Virus record (IMG/VR): IMGVR_UViG_3300043821_000026
Span: 74,503 to 138,502 of that record
DNA from: a virus
Taxonomy: Duplodnaviria; Caudoviricetes
Length of the DNA: 64,000 nt
Direction: 5' to 3' (one strand)
The stretch's first letter is position 1. Every line of letters begins with the position of its first letter. The notes under the pieces were generated by a model that had not been told where the DNA came from, ran no database searches, and was given only the letters and a program-made list of their open reading frames with translations. Of this stretch, positions 18,983 through 30,571 are shown in pieces. A program made the position numbers and the translations under genes.

Positions 18983-19659
18983 TATATCAGCTCTCTACCT
19001 ATATGATATCCGATAATTGGAGGTATTGAATCTGCTATTTGCTGATAACTATCTTCAGTTAATTTATAACTAGCAGGAAATCCTTGTAATATACCTGCCT
19101 CTCGTGGTGTAAGTATTCTATCTTCAGTTGGGTGTATGATAATATCTTTTTTTGCGTTACTCATAATTGGAGCAAAGCTATAAGGTTTTAATCTACGATA
19201 AGCATTAAAGGTTTTATTTTGTAGATTATAATCAGGTATATCAATCCAACAACCACCAGCAGGAACTCTTTTTATTCTTTCGGATACTGATTTAGGCATA
19301 TCTATAATAATATGACCTTGTTTTGTAGCAGTAAATTGTTGATAAAAAGTTAATGGTTCATGATTAATAGCATCTAGACTATCTTTCACAATTGGAGATG
19401 GATATGAAAAATGATATAGGTCTACTATATTTGATTCCCATGCTAATACTCTATTTTGAGGTATTCCAAAATTTCTAATATTAAAAATTTTATCTCCTTT
19501 AGCATCATGTTTTATATATAAATAAGAATTTTCTGGAAAACCATTAGGTGGCACTTCGTGAAAAATCGACAAGTCTTCGTTTTTATCAACAATTTTATGT
19601 CCTGCTATTTCAAATCCTATTGATAATTGAGGTGTTAAACAATATTCTTTAATTTTCAT
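18982..19659 (-). CDS. Degenerate C5-cytosine methyltransferase homolog
   Basis: FGIPQNR, YRRL, IHPTEDRILTPREAGILQGFP, YQQIADSIPP are present; the FxGxG and PC catalytic motifs are eroded. Confidence 0.75.
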   Translation of the reverse strand: MKIKEYCLTPQLSIGFEIAGHKIVDKNEDLSIFHEVPPNGFPENSYLYIKHDAKGDKIFNIRNFGIPQNRVLAWESNIVDLYHFSYPSPIVKDSLDAINHEPLTFYQQFTATKQGHIIIDMPKSVSERIKRVPAGGCWIDIPDYNLQNKTFNAYRRLKPYSFAPIMSNAKKDIIIHPTEDRILTPREAGILQGFPASYKLTEDSYQQIADSIPPIIGYHIGRELI

Positions 19660-20053
19660 ATTGAACACCTTCATGAACTTGTAATGAATAAAAATAAAAT
19701 AATCTAAACCATTCATCCTCATAATCTAATCGAAAAAGTGATGGATAAGTCATCATTAAATATCCATAACCCCATTGATTATTAATTTCTGTATAATCTT
19801 TTGTCATAATTAATGGGTATGTGTGACGCTTATTACCATATTCAGAATCAATTACCCTAGTATCCAAAATTCTCATCTATTTCACCATATAAATTATCAA
19901 TATCACTATAATTAATAGTAATATCATCAATATCTACTTTAGTATCATGAAAATTGAAATGTGTTCTATCAATATCTTCAATAATCATATCATTAATATA
20001 TATAATATCATAATTATTCATTAAGTCTTTAATTTGTAATTCTCTTTCACATA

Positions 20054-20770
20054 TCATATTTTTACCTCATTCTTAATATATTTACGTGCTTCAGGAATAT
20101 CATTTTCATATATATGAATACTAGCACTAAGTGTTGTTATACTTCCAAAATCAATTAATTCGTTATATGATTTATCTTTGTTATAATTTCTCATAATAGA
20201 TTGAACCATATATTGGACTGCAAAAAGATTACTATAATATCCTAAAAACCCATCATGAGAACGCCATATACCTGTAGTATATAATTTATTATCTCTAATT
20301 TTACAATCAAGCATCATAAAGCATGGAATTTCGTCGCATTGAGTATCAATAAAAGGGTCATATGTGATAGCAACAGCTCTATTAGTATTACTATTTTTAT
20401 TTAATCTTTTTACAATTTCTTCAATTTGGTCTACTGCAAAATGACTTCTTAATCTATTACCATAAGTATATGTAAATCCATTATTCATTGGATTCATAAA
20501 TTCCGTAATATATTCTGCAACTAATGTTGGTTTAAATGGATAATCGTCATTATCATAAATATGAGATTGTAGGCCATTAAAAATTGCATGTGGTAATAAT
20601 CGTTTATAAGACTCGCTTCTATCTAAATTTAATGGATTTGTTAGTCTTGTAACTACATCTAAGCACTCAAGCCATTTACCTCCACGCTCATTATCATGCA
20701 TAACGCCATTATCCAATATATACTTAACCAATGTTTTATGAACGTTTTGTATAGTATCTCCTTCAATCAT
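20054..20770 (-). CDS. thyA: Thymidylate synthase, archaeal type
   Basis: FTYTYGNRL, TNRAVA, IPC, WRSHD, N, SIHIYE. Confidence 0.9.
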   Translation of the reverse strand: MIEGDTIQNVHKTLVKYILDNGVMHDNERGGKWLECLDVVTRLTNPLNLDRSESYKRLLPHAIFNGLQSHIYDNDDYPFKPTLVAEYITEFMNPMNNGFTYTYGNRLRSHFAVDQIEEIVKRLNKNSNTNRAVAITYDPFIDTQCDEIPCFMMLDCKIRDNKLYTTGIWRSHDGFLGYYSNLFAVQYMVQSIMRNYNKDKSYNELIDFGSITTLSASIHIYENDIPEARKYIKNEVKI

Positions 20771-21165
20771 TATTCATCTCCCTGTTTTATATAAATATCA
20801 ATACTATCAATATCGTTATATAAAACTTCCATATACATATTATTTAAATTTTTTGTTAAAATTTTAATTTTTAAATATTCATTACCTAATATACATTTTA
20901 CTATATCCCCTTTATTTATATAATAAAAAATATTGTTAATAGTGATATATTGAACATCTAAAAATGTATAACTATAATCCAACATCTTTGGTGATAATTC
21001 ACCACTTTTTTGCATTATACTTATATTATCAAGAAATTCAAATTTTTTAATAAAATTACTTTTTTCCATATTATCACATACATAGTTATCTCAACTACAA
21101 TATATAAATGTTACTATTTTTTATTACCGAAAACTTTATAAGTATTATCACTTGTATACTGTATT

Positions 21166-21657
21166 ATGAATGGAATCTATGCTTGGAAAAATATACAAAA
21201 CGGTAAAATGTATATTGGACAAACTAAGTATATTGTAGATAGACCTTATGACCATTTTAAATGTTCTACAAGTCATGGTCAAAAATTTGAGAACGCAATA
21301 AAAAAATATGGAAAAAAAAGTTTTAAATTAATAATTTTAGATAAAAATGTATCAAATTTAAACATTATGGAAAAGCATTATATAAGAGTATATAGCTCTT
21401 ATATTAATGGATATAATTCAACATTAGGAGGAAATGGTATATATCCTGATATTATTGAGTGTCCTCATAATATATTATGGAATTGTCGTTATACCCATAT
21501 AGTTAATAATACAAATTATAATAGAAAAAAAATGTTTAGATTATATTATGGTAATTATTATGTACCTATTGGATATTTTATAGACCCAATAACCACAGAT
21601 ATTATTGGAAAACTTATATCCAATTTTTGTGATTCCGATACCAATCAATATACTTGA
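21166..21657 (+). CDS. GIY-YIG endonuclease (homing-type)
   Basis: GIY...NGKMYIGQT, AIKKYG, GYNSTLGG; own promoter CCGAAAACTTTATAA; its stop codon lies in the adjacent mini-element. Confidence 0.88.
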   Translation: MNGIYAWKNIQNGKMYIGQTKYIVDRPYDHFKCSTSHGQKFENAIKKYGKKSFKLIILDKNVSNLNIMEKHYIRVYSSYINGYNSTLGGNGIYPDIIECPHNILWNCRYTHIVNNTNYNRKKMFRLYYGNYYVPIGYFIDPITTDIIGKLISNFCDSDTNQYT

Positions 21658-21757
21658 ACTACCACCACTTATAGAAGTGGTGGATTCCTAACTTCGAGCT
21701 GAAAGGCAATCCCCGTCGTCCCAACGGTTCAGAATGTTTATTGCTGCATAAAACTGA
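21654..21757 (-). mobile_element. IS200/IS605-derived mini-element (tnpB 3' tip plus right end, i.e. omega-RNA scaffold), copy 1
   Basis: Encodes AAINILNRWDDGDCL (TnpB C-terminus-like), then GAATCCACCACTT-CTAT-AAGTGGTGG-TAGTTCAA; 103/104 identical to 28246-28349. Confidence 0.82.
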
Positions 21758-22527
21758 AAATAAAATTATCAAAAAAAGTTCTATATTCATGTTAATACCA
21801 TATCATTATCCTTAAACAATTCTAAAATATACATATCATTGTACTCAAATACTCTAGAAGAGATGGATGAATTATATAACATATATTGTTTATATTTATC
21901 TCGATTAATATATACCCAATATACTTTATTATCTTCTAAAATATAATAATCTTTATCTTCTATCATTCCTTTTTTATTTAAGAATAATATAATACTATCT
22001 CTACGCATTTTCTGATAACCTCAAACAGTCATTTTTATATTCACTAATATAAAATACTTTTTCTACTTTATTATCGTTATATAAAATAAAAGAATCTATA
22101 TCGTATTCATCATAAATTCCATATACTACACCATTTTTATATAACACAAATGACCCACCATCTAAATCTAAATCATCAAATTCCATATCCTTTACTCGAT
22201 TAGTAATTACATCATTAGTATCAGGATAATATGTTCCAACTTTAAAATAATCAAAAGGTGTTTCATAAATATCTTTAAATAAATCCTTTAAACTCATATC
22301 TTAAACCTCATAAATTAATCCTACTTTTTGAAGTATTAGATGTATATGAATTATAATCTTTAGACTTAAATTCTTTCAATCTTGCATCTAATAATTCGAT
22401 TAATGTTTGAATTTTTGTATCAACTCTTCCTTTTTCTATATATTGTTCTAATGCTTGATTATATATATCTATACGAAATTTTTTAACTTCACTTTCTGTC
22501 ATTGTATCTATAATATCCGACATCATA

Positions 22528-22929
22528 TTATTCACCTTTAAAAGTTCCATGTTCTTTTTCGTGACAATCCCGACATAAAACAGTAACATTATTTATATTA
22601 TATTTTTCTTCAGGATAAATTTTTTTACTTTTTAAATGATGTATACTTAAATCATCTGTAGCACCACATTTTTGACAATGACATTTACCATTAACGTTAT
22701 ATTTTGCATAAACACTACTATTAAAACTTTTTGTAACAATTGTTCCAGTTGTACCTATATCCTGTTCAGAACAATATTTAAAAACATCACTCATTTTTGA
22801 TATTCGTACACCATATTTCTGTGATAAAATTTTAACTAACTCATGATAAAGATAATTATATCCTGTATCAGGATTATCTGAATTAACAACATTCCATAAT
22901 TTTTCCTTATTCATTATATAATACTCCAT
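22528..22929 (-). CDS. HNH endonuclease
   Basis: CQKCG...IHHL...NVTVLCRDCH..EH. Confidence 0.85.
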   Translation of the reverse strand: MEYYIMNKEKLWNVVNSDNPDTGYNYLYHELVKILSQKYGVRISKMSDVFKYCSEQDIGTTGTIVTKSFNSSVYAKYNVNGKCHCQKCGATDDLSIHHLKSKKIYPEEKYNINNVTVLCRDCHEKEHGTFKGE

Positions 22930-25014
22930 TATATCACTTATCTAAAATAATCATTTAAAATTTTTACAAATTCTTCTTCTGTATATAATTGTCCTTTACT
23001 AGTTAATAATTGTATTTTATCATATATTTCTTCATAAGTAGCATTTTTTAATCCTGACATTTTGTTTAAATCTTTTAATAATTTTTGTCTATATTCATTA
23101 TTAGGTATTTTAAATAATAATTTTCTATTATCATCTGTTAAAAATACTCCAGCTGATGTTTTTATACTTCCAAATCTCATTTTTTCTAACCTCTATCGTT
23201 TAATATATCTTTTACACTTCTACAAAATATTTTTGCAGTAGTTTTTTCTTTATACTTTCCATTAGGAAACATTAATACTCGATAAACCTTAAGAGCTAAA
23301 TCTTCAAGCTCTTGTTTATTTTTTGTCTTATATACTGTCCCATTTCTCCAATAATATCTATTCATTCCTCTAAAATAAAATGGATGTGGGATAAATATTT
23401 TATCATTCATCGCTTAACACCTCATAAATCTTATCTTTAATTCTTTCTGCTTGTTTTCTGTTGCACAAGAATTTAACGCCATCAGATTCGCCAATTTTAA
23501 AATAACATTGAAAATTATCGTTTGATTTATAATCTTTTGTTGGATTTAAATTTGTATTTAAATATCTACCCATTTTTATCCTCTTCTGAATAATATTCAC
23601 AATCTGTACATTTAGTTTTTTCTATAGAGCCATATATTTGACAATATATAGAATACATACCTTCATCACAACTTTTATCACAACTCATACAATCACCTTT
23701 TATATATGTATATATTTAAATATATAAGTATTTATATATAAGTATTTTTTAAAATATATAAGGACATTTATCATAAGTGTATGGAAATGGTTTTTTGTTA
23801 TCAACATAAGGATGAGAGCAATATCCTGTATCTCCTGATTTATTAATATGGAGATATGGACAACTCCAACAATAATTCATCCATTGACGGTCTTTTAATT
23901 TATGTTTACTTATATATTTCTTACCCACTTAATCATCTTCTATAAAATAATTACAACTTAATTCTCTACCTCTTATATAATCATCAAATTTATCACAACG
24001 CATCATTTTAATTCCTGCAACACTATAAAATTTATCATTTTTTTTATAATAAATTACCTGTGAATATTTACAATTCATACAAACATTATTAGGAAGTATT
24101 TGTCTACTACTAAACACTACTCCTTCTCCACAATAGTATATACAATCATTACAATTATCGCTTCCAACTTCATAATTACATTCATTTAATTCATCAGCTA
24201 ATTCTAAAATACATTTTGTCATAATATCACTAGAATAAATATCTATCTTCTATTTGATTATTTTTTATAAAAAAAATACGAAATTTCGGAAGTGTTACTT
24301 TATTATTTAAAGCATAAAATTTTAAACAATTATGTATTCTATCAACAATAACTTTATTACAATCCCAAGTATCTGCTAAAATAGATAATTCAATATCTGC
24401 CCCATCAGATACAAATTGTGCGTCAATAAATCTATTTTGTATATAAGGGTGTTCTATTAAAAATTTCTTTAATTCATTAATAATTTCTGTATATTTTTTT
24501 TCCATAAAATACCTCCTATAGGTATATGTAATATTACATATACCCAATAAATGAAACAATTAATCCAATAACAATAAAGACTGGCATTAAGACCATTGTC
24601 ATCTCTGTTATAGATTTAATTTGCTTATCTTGTGCAAGAATATTAGCAATATATAAAATTCCTCCAACTATAAATAACATAAAACAAAGCTCATACATCT
24701 ATTTCACCTCCTCTAAATATGGACAATCTATATTATGTAAGTCTGCATCACGAATAATACTAAAAGCATTAGCATTAAAGATAGAATTTTCATAAACACA
24801 TTGTTCTTCGTGAATCATTTTATTATTGATATTAAAAGTAACTAATCTAAAATTTTTACATTGTTCACAATAATTCCAACGCATTTAATCACCTAATATA
24901 TCATCATTACATAGCCACCACTTATAAGATGGTTTATGTTCAACTTTACTACAATATTCACATCCATCAGGATATTCGCTACATTTAATACAATAATCAT
25001 TTTTTTCCATATTA

Positions 25015-25551
25015 TCACAACACTTTTTTTATAATATCTTGATTATTAATAATTTCATTTACTCTAGAAACTGCATCATTAATATTTCCATTATTTTTAA
25101 CAACATAATCACAAGTTATATGTTTATATTCATCATAATCATCTCGATTAGCTCTATCTTCATCAATATCGATTAAGTTTCTTTGTATCTCTATACAAAG
25201 TAAATTTAAATAATATTTTTTACTATATTCTCTTAAATCATATATTCCTTTTTTATCAACAACATATAAGTTACACTTAGTATTATCAGGAAGGAATGAA
25301 TTGATTGTTGTACAATATCTATAATCACCATATTGTGTTTTTGCTACAACATTATCTCCATCATATATAATATCCATCTTTTTTTTTGTTAAAAATAAGT
25401 GTCCCACTTCTGTGTCATATCTTTTTGGTCTATCAGTATAACTATTAACTAAATGATATACTTCAGGATTTTGACTTACTAATATTTTTGCGATAGTAGT
25501 TTTACCTACACCTGATTTTCCTTGAATTGCAACAATATTCAGTTTATTCAC
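25015..25551 (-). CDS. gmk: Guanylate kinase-like protein
   Basis: GKSGVGKTT, SYTDRPKR, YGDYRY, YVVDKKG, DYVVKN. Confidence 0.85.
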   Translation of the reverse strand: MNKLNIVAIQGKSGVGKTTIAKILVSQNPEVYHLVNSYTDRPKRYDTEVGHLFLTKKKMDIIYDGDNVVAKTQYGDYRYCTTINSFLPDNTKCNLYVVDKKGIYDLREYSKKYYLNLLCIEIQRNLIDIDEDRANRDDYDEYKHITCDYVVKNNGNINDAVSRVNEIINNQDIIKKVL

Positions 25552-27220
25552 CTCTTAAATAATCTTTTATAGATATATCCATACCTATACCATCAATTCT
25601 TTCATATATTTCATCAATTTTTTGATTTAAATCTTTTATTTGTTTTATTAAAGATATATTATATGACTTTAAGATACAATATTCATTTAATAATGATTTA
25701 AATATTTTATTTCGTTTATCAGAATCTTCAGCATAATCAGTAAAAAATTCTATTTTATCAGAATGAATTTTAACATCAGATTCTATAAATCCATTATTAG
25801 CTCTTTTTACATATTCTTCTGCCTCTTTTTGTGCCAATTGTCTTGTAAAATAATAGCCTTCAGAATAATCAAAAGTTATAACATTGATATCTCTTTCACC
25901 ATTATAATCTTCACGAAATACAGTCCATTCGTGAAAATCTTTATTCTCTTCTGTATAAAAAGCTCCCATTATACCATCTCCTTTAAATACTCTTCAGCAT
26001 TTTCTTTAGTATTATAAGTACTAATTAAATAATAAACATCTTCATTACTTAAATTTTGTTGCAATATTTTACATAAATTTAAATCAGAATCGCTATTTAA
26101 TAGTTCGTATTCAGACAAATCATATTGAAATATTACTAAACTATTTTTACACAAATCTCCTTCAACTACACATATAATAGAGTTCTGCTCTAGTATTACC
26201 TTTATTCCTACAAATATATTATAAATATTCCATATATCTTTTCGTAAATTATAATTATCTAAAATACATAAATACTTAATAAAGAATTTATTATCAACAT
26301 TGTAAAATAGTAATTTTCTATCAGGTTGTCTTTCAAAACAACAACTATTTGTGTATTTTCTTTCATTAAATTTACTACACCAATAAGCATTTGTAGGTTG
26401 TTTATTACTACTAATAAGCTCCTCAAAATAATTACAACCAATACATGAGCGCACTTTTCCTCCATTTAGATAATATAATATATCATCCAATAACAAAGAA
26501 ATTTCTTTTTGGGTTAATAATGCTTTTGTATCTATATCAGATAATAATACTGTTTTATTTACAAAATCTATTTTACATTTTATCCTATCAGATATTTTAA
26601 AATTCATTTTCTACCTCTTTCAAATAATGCACACCATATTCTTGTTGTAATAGGAAAAATATCTTTATGGTCGTCGCAATATATATATTCCTTATTATAA
26701 TAATGTGAATGTTTACAATCTTCACAGGTATCTGTGTCTTTCATTTCTTCTTTTGGTGTTTTAAATCCTATCATATTAAATACCATTGATAAATAGCTAT
26801 CATACCACAAATAAAAATAAATGCAATAATAATATAAAAGATTAAAATCATTATATAGAAAAACATATCACTCATTTACATAACCTATTTTCTTTTCGAA
26901 TTTTGTATTTAACCTATCACATTCTTGTTTGATGATACTAAAAGCATCTAATTCGGAATAACAAGATTCAATATCATAATAAATAAGTATTGACTCTGTA
27001 TTATTATATAGTTCGTCACATAATGAAAATACACAATCTTTTCTATCATTTCGTATTTTAAAACGAGGCCATGTAGTAATTTGACCTATTTCACTTTCAT
27101 TTTCCTTTTCTAATTCTTTTTTCTTTTTATACTCTTCATCTTGTTTTTTCATAAAATCTTCTACATCAAAATCATGGTCTATTTCATCATAAGGATAGGG
27201 GAAGTTAATTTCATCCTGCC

Positions 27221-27697
27221 CTATTGCTCTGTTGCTTTTATCTCGTAATTCCATTCAAAATCCTCCATATTCATTTCTTTTAATATATCATCAATAATAC
27301 TCATTAATTGAGATTTATTTTCTGCTTCAATATCTAATACAGTAGATAATCGTACTGAATATTTACGTGTAGGTATTGGTGTATTGATAAAATCCCATAA
27401 AGTATCTGGATTAACGTTATTATTAATATCATATTTTTGATGATATTCTGTATGACATTTATGACATAATGTAATACCACTATCAATATTTAATCTATAC
27501 TCTTCAAAGTTTTCATATGGAAACATATGATGAGCTTCAGGCCTAGAAGTGGACCCACATTTTTGACAAGTGTGATTATCTCGTGCTATAACTGATTGTC
27601 TAAAAAAGGTCATATAATCACTATTTCTTAAAGTTCTTTTGTTATTTTTACATAACTGATTAAATTTTTTTACTTTTTTTGGAACAGCAGGGGACAT
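27221..27697 (-). CDS. HNH endonuclease
   Basis: RDNHTCQKCG...EAHH...GITLCHKCH..YH. Confidence 0.88.
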   Translation of the reverse strand: MSPAVPKKVKKFNQLCKNNKRTLRNSDYMTFFRQSVIARDNHTCQKCGSTSRPEAHHMFPYENFEEYRLNIDSGITLCHKCHTEYHQKYDINNNVNPDTLWDFINTPIPTRKYSVRLSTVLDIEAENKSQLMSIIDDILKEMNMEDFEWNYEIKATEQ

Positions 27698-27922
27698 TTA
27701 GTCATCCCCTGTTTCCTTATCTATTGTTTTGTTAAATTGTCTAACGGTATAAACAGAATATACTAATAATATCCATGTAATTATAGACAAAATAAATGTT
27801 CCAATTACTGCAACATCTGTTGCAAAATGTCCAATCATATTAATCACTCCTTTAATCTGTAATTAATTATTTGAAAAAAGTAGTATATAAAGGTTGTTAT
27901 TACTATTAATAAAAAAAGTATG

Positions 27923-27952
27923 AAAAAAAAGCCGTACCTATCGGCACGACTT
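27923..27952 (-). terminator. Hairpin plus U-tract terminator
   Basis: AAGTCGTGCC-GATA-GGTACGGCTT followed by a T run. Confidence 0.65.
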
Positions 27953-28041
27953 AAAGGTAGCGATTGAATGGTTAATGAGGTATAACCCTCTAATAACCTC
28001 ATGTTTTCATATATATTTTGAAGTATAAAAGAATGTATTTT

Positions 28042-28443
28042 TTAATATGTTTTAATTTTATGCAAAGTAGAGTTAATTAAATCAATGCTATCTTTTACAT
28101 CTTCATTTATATGAAAGCTATCATCGATTATATGAATAGTAAAATAGTCTTCAAAATTCCCATCAACATAGGAATTTTTTTCCCAAATGTTTCTGCACCT
28201 ATCATTGATTTTTTGTTTTAATTTTGAAGTTGGTTTTACATTTGTTTGAACTACCACCACTTATAGAAGTGGTGGATTCCTAACTTCGAGCTGAAAGGCA
28301 ATCCCCGTCGTCCCAACGGTTCAGAATGTTTATTGCTGCGTAAAACTGATAATTTCATCACTTGTTAAAATACCCCACATTGTAAAATGGTTTTTTTTAA
28401 TTGTTTGAATTATCAATCTATTTAAACTATCATTACTAATCAT
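28042..28443 (-). pseudogene. 99-aa hypothetical gene interrupted by mini-element copy 2
   Basis: GGAGTG RBS plus MISNDSLNRL...SDEII and TNVKPTSKL...KTY* are in the same frame; removing 28246-28347 (102 nt) restores one ORF. Confidence 0.7.
28246..28349 (-). mobile_element. IS200/IS605-derived mini-element (omega-RNA scaffold), copy 2
   Basis: Same 104-bp sequence as 21654-21757 with different flanks and no target-site duplication. Confidence 0.82.
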
Positions 28444-28567
28444 TCAATCACTCCTTATTTGTACTGAAAATTTGAAACAGTACTTATTTAAAGAGATATA
28501 TACACAAAACCGACAAGTGTAAAGAAATGAAACACCTGCCTAAATAATTGTATACATATCAATCTAT

Positions 28568-30571
28568 TTAAATGTTTTGGTTTTTATCAATATCTTGTAA
28601 ATCAGTTTTACCACAATAGATGCAAGGTTTACCTTTAATAGTTAATTCATCACAATTAGGGCAATATGCAAGATATTCTTCTTTAATGCTTTCATTAGGA
28701 AGAATGGATTTCCATATAGCTCTTTGTTTACCGTTAATATTTCTACGCATTCTATCAAAGTTTCGTTTATCACCAGTTAAGTCGAAAATAGAATCACGCC
28801 ATACTTTAGAGCGTTCACCTTTTACGTCTAATCCATCTTTAATAGATAATATATCAGTCAGTTCTCTAAATAAGTCTTTAGTTAGATAACTATCATTATC
28901 ATCTGTATTAATGAAATAATTGAAAACAATTTCATTTTCAGAATAAGCATGTTTTTTAAGTTTATCTAAAAGTTTTTTATCTGATAATTTTAACATTGGT
29001 ATTGTACAGTTATCTATCATTCTTCTATATGCTTGAATTGATTGATAAATTAACCATTCCATATATTCAGTATTTTCTAAAATTCTATTTTCAAAATTTA
29101 CATCTTCAAGCATTTCTTGAGTTGGTTTTTTTAAAAATTCTAATAATAATACTCTTCTTAAAAAAGATTTATCCATTGATTCAGGAGCTATTGGTTTATT
29201 TCCAACTGCTATTAATTTCGCAACATCAGAACTTGGTATAGTAACTTGTGGTTTATTTTTTTCTTCAACAGAAAGTGGTGAACCACTTGTATGTTCTTTA
29301 AAAAATGCAAAATTATCTACTTTATTACCATCAACCTCTTCTATTCTTGCAAGTGTTTTATTAATAATACTTGAATATTCGAATCTATTATTATTAAGTA
29401 TTTTTGGTAAAGATATAGTACAACAATTATGTTCACCTAATGCTTTAGATATAAAACGAAGCAACATACTTTTTCCTGCTCCACCAATACCAAATATAAA
29501 TAACATCCATTGATGTTTAGTGTGTCCCGGCTCTACAATTACATATCCAATGTATTCTAATAGTCCATTCATACCCTCTTCGCCTAGTTCATATTCTAAC
29601 CAACTTTTTAACTCCCCACCTTCAGCATTTGGATTATACTTATAAGGAATAGTTAGTTTAGTATATATTGGATTTGTTCCAGTTGAAGTAGTTTCATATG
29701 TAGTTGTATCTAATACCTGATTTTTAAAACCAACTTTACTATACAATGGAGTTTTTATTTCAGTTACGTAATTAGATAATGAATTTTCTAATGTTTTTCT
29801 TGTAGTTGTACATGGTAATTGAAGAACCTTATCATACATTTGCCCATCATCATCTTTAACTTTGATGATTTTTTCAGTATACATTCTTTTATTTAAAAAA
29901 TCAAGCCAATTAGTTTTAGCATTGATTATAAATTCTCCATATCCACCCATATAATTATTGATAAATAATCTATTTTTATTTGGGTCATAAAACATACCAA
30001 ATAAATCCATAAAATAATCTGCTATCTCTTTTGTCAATTGATTAACATTATTAATTTTAATAGTATTTTTAACTGACTCTCTTTCTAATTTTTTTTGCAA
30101 AGCTCTTTTTTGACTTTCATATAATCTTATTAAAATAACTTGGTCTTTATAGGTAAAGTTTTTATTATTAAAATTATCTTTATTTAAAATATCATCATTA
30201 GGATAGTATTGATAATACTTATCTCTTGTAGAATATATCTCTTCAGGAGTTATATCTAAATCTTCAGGAAGTTCAATCTCATTTTCCTTATCTAACTCAC
30301 TATTAATCATATTATCATAATACTGTCCCCATTCATCTTGAATTTCAACAGAATTAATAATATCTGATAACTTATTTCTATACATTTCAACTGCTATTTC
30401 ATGGTCTATTGGGTCTATATTACTCCAATATTCTGACCAAAATTCTTCTTCATCTAATTCTTGCCCAAATTGTTCGAATACATCTTTATTAAATAAATTT
30501 GATATACTATTATTTTTATAATTTTTAATAGAATATTCAGATGGTTCAGGCATAAAATTTATTATAGCCAT
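28568..30571 (-). CDS. Superfamily 3 (D5/P4-type) helicase with acidic N-terminus and C-terminal Zn ribbon
   Basis: FGIGGAGKS Walker A, RIEEV Walker B, AVGN motif C, FLRR; CPNC...CIYCG. Confidence 0.88.
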   Translation of the reverse strand: MAIINFMPEPSEYSIKNYKNNSISNLFNKDVFEQFGQELDEEEFWSEYWSNIDPIDHEIAVEMYRNKLSDIINSVEIQDEWGQYYDNMINSELDKENEIELPEDLDITPEEIYSTRDKYYQYYPNDDILNKDNFNNKNFTYKDQVILIRLYESQKRALQKKLERESVKNTIKINNVNQLTKEIADYFMDLFGMFYDPNKNRLFINNYMGGYGEFIINAKTNWLDFLNKRMYTEKIIKVKDDDGQMYDKVLQLPCTTTRKTLENSLSNYVTEIKTPLYSKVGFKNQVLDTTTYETTSTGTNPIYTKLTIPYKYNPNAEGGELKSWLEYELGEEGMNGLLEYIGYVIVEPGHTKHQWMLFIFGIGGAGKSMLLRFISKALGEHNCCTISLPKILNNNRFEYSSIINKTLARIEEVDGNKVDNFAFFKEHTSGSPLSVEEKNKPQVTIPSSDVAKLIAVGNKPIAPESMDKSFLRRVLLLEFLKKPTQEMLEDVNFENRILENTEYMEWLIYQSIQAYRRMIDNCTIPMLKLSDKKLLDKLKKHAYSENEIVFNYFINTDDNDSYLTKDLFRELTDILSIKDGLDVKGERSKVWRDSIFDLTGDKRNFDRMRRNINGKQRAIWKSILPNESIKEEYLAYCPNCDELTIKGKPCIYCGKTDLQDIDKNQNI

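Noticed and set aside
28246-28349. IStron or group I intron
   Set aside because: Too short, no group I core, and it ends in TTCAA rather than a terminal G.
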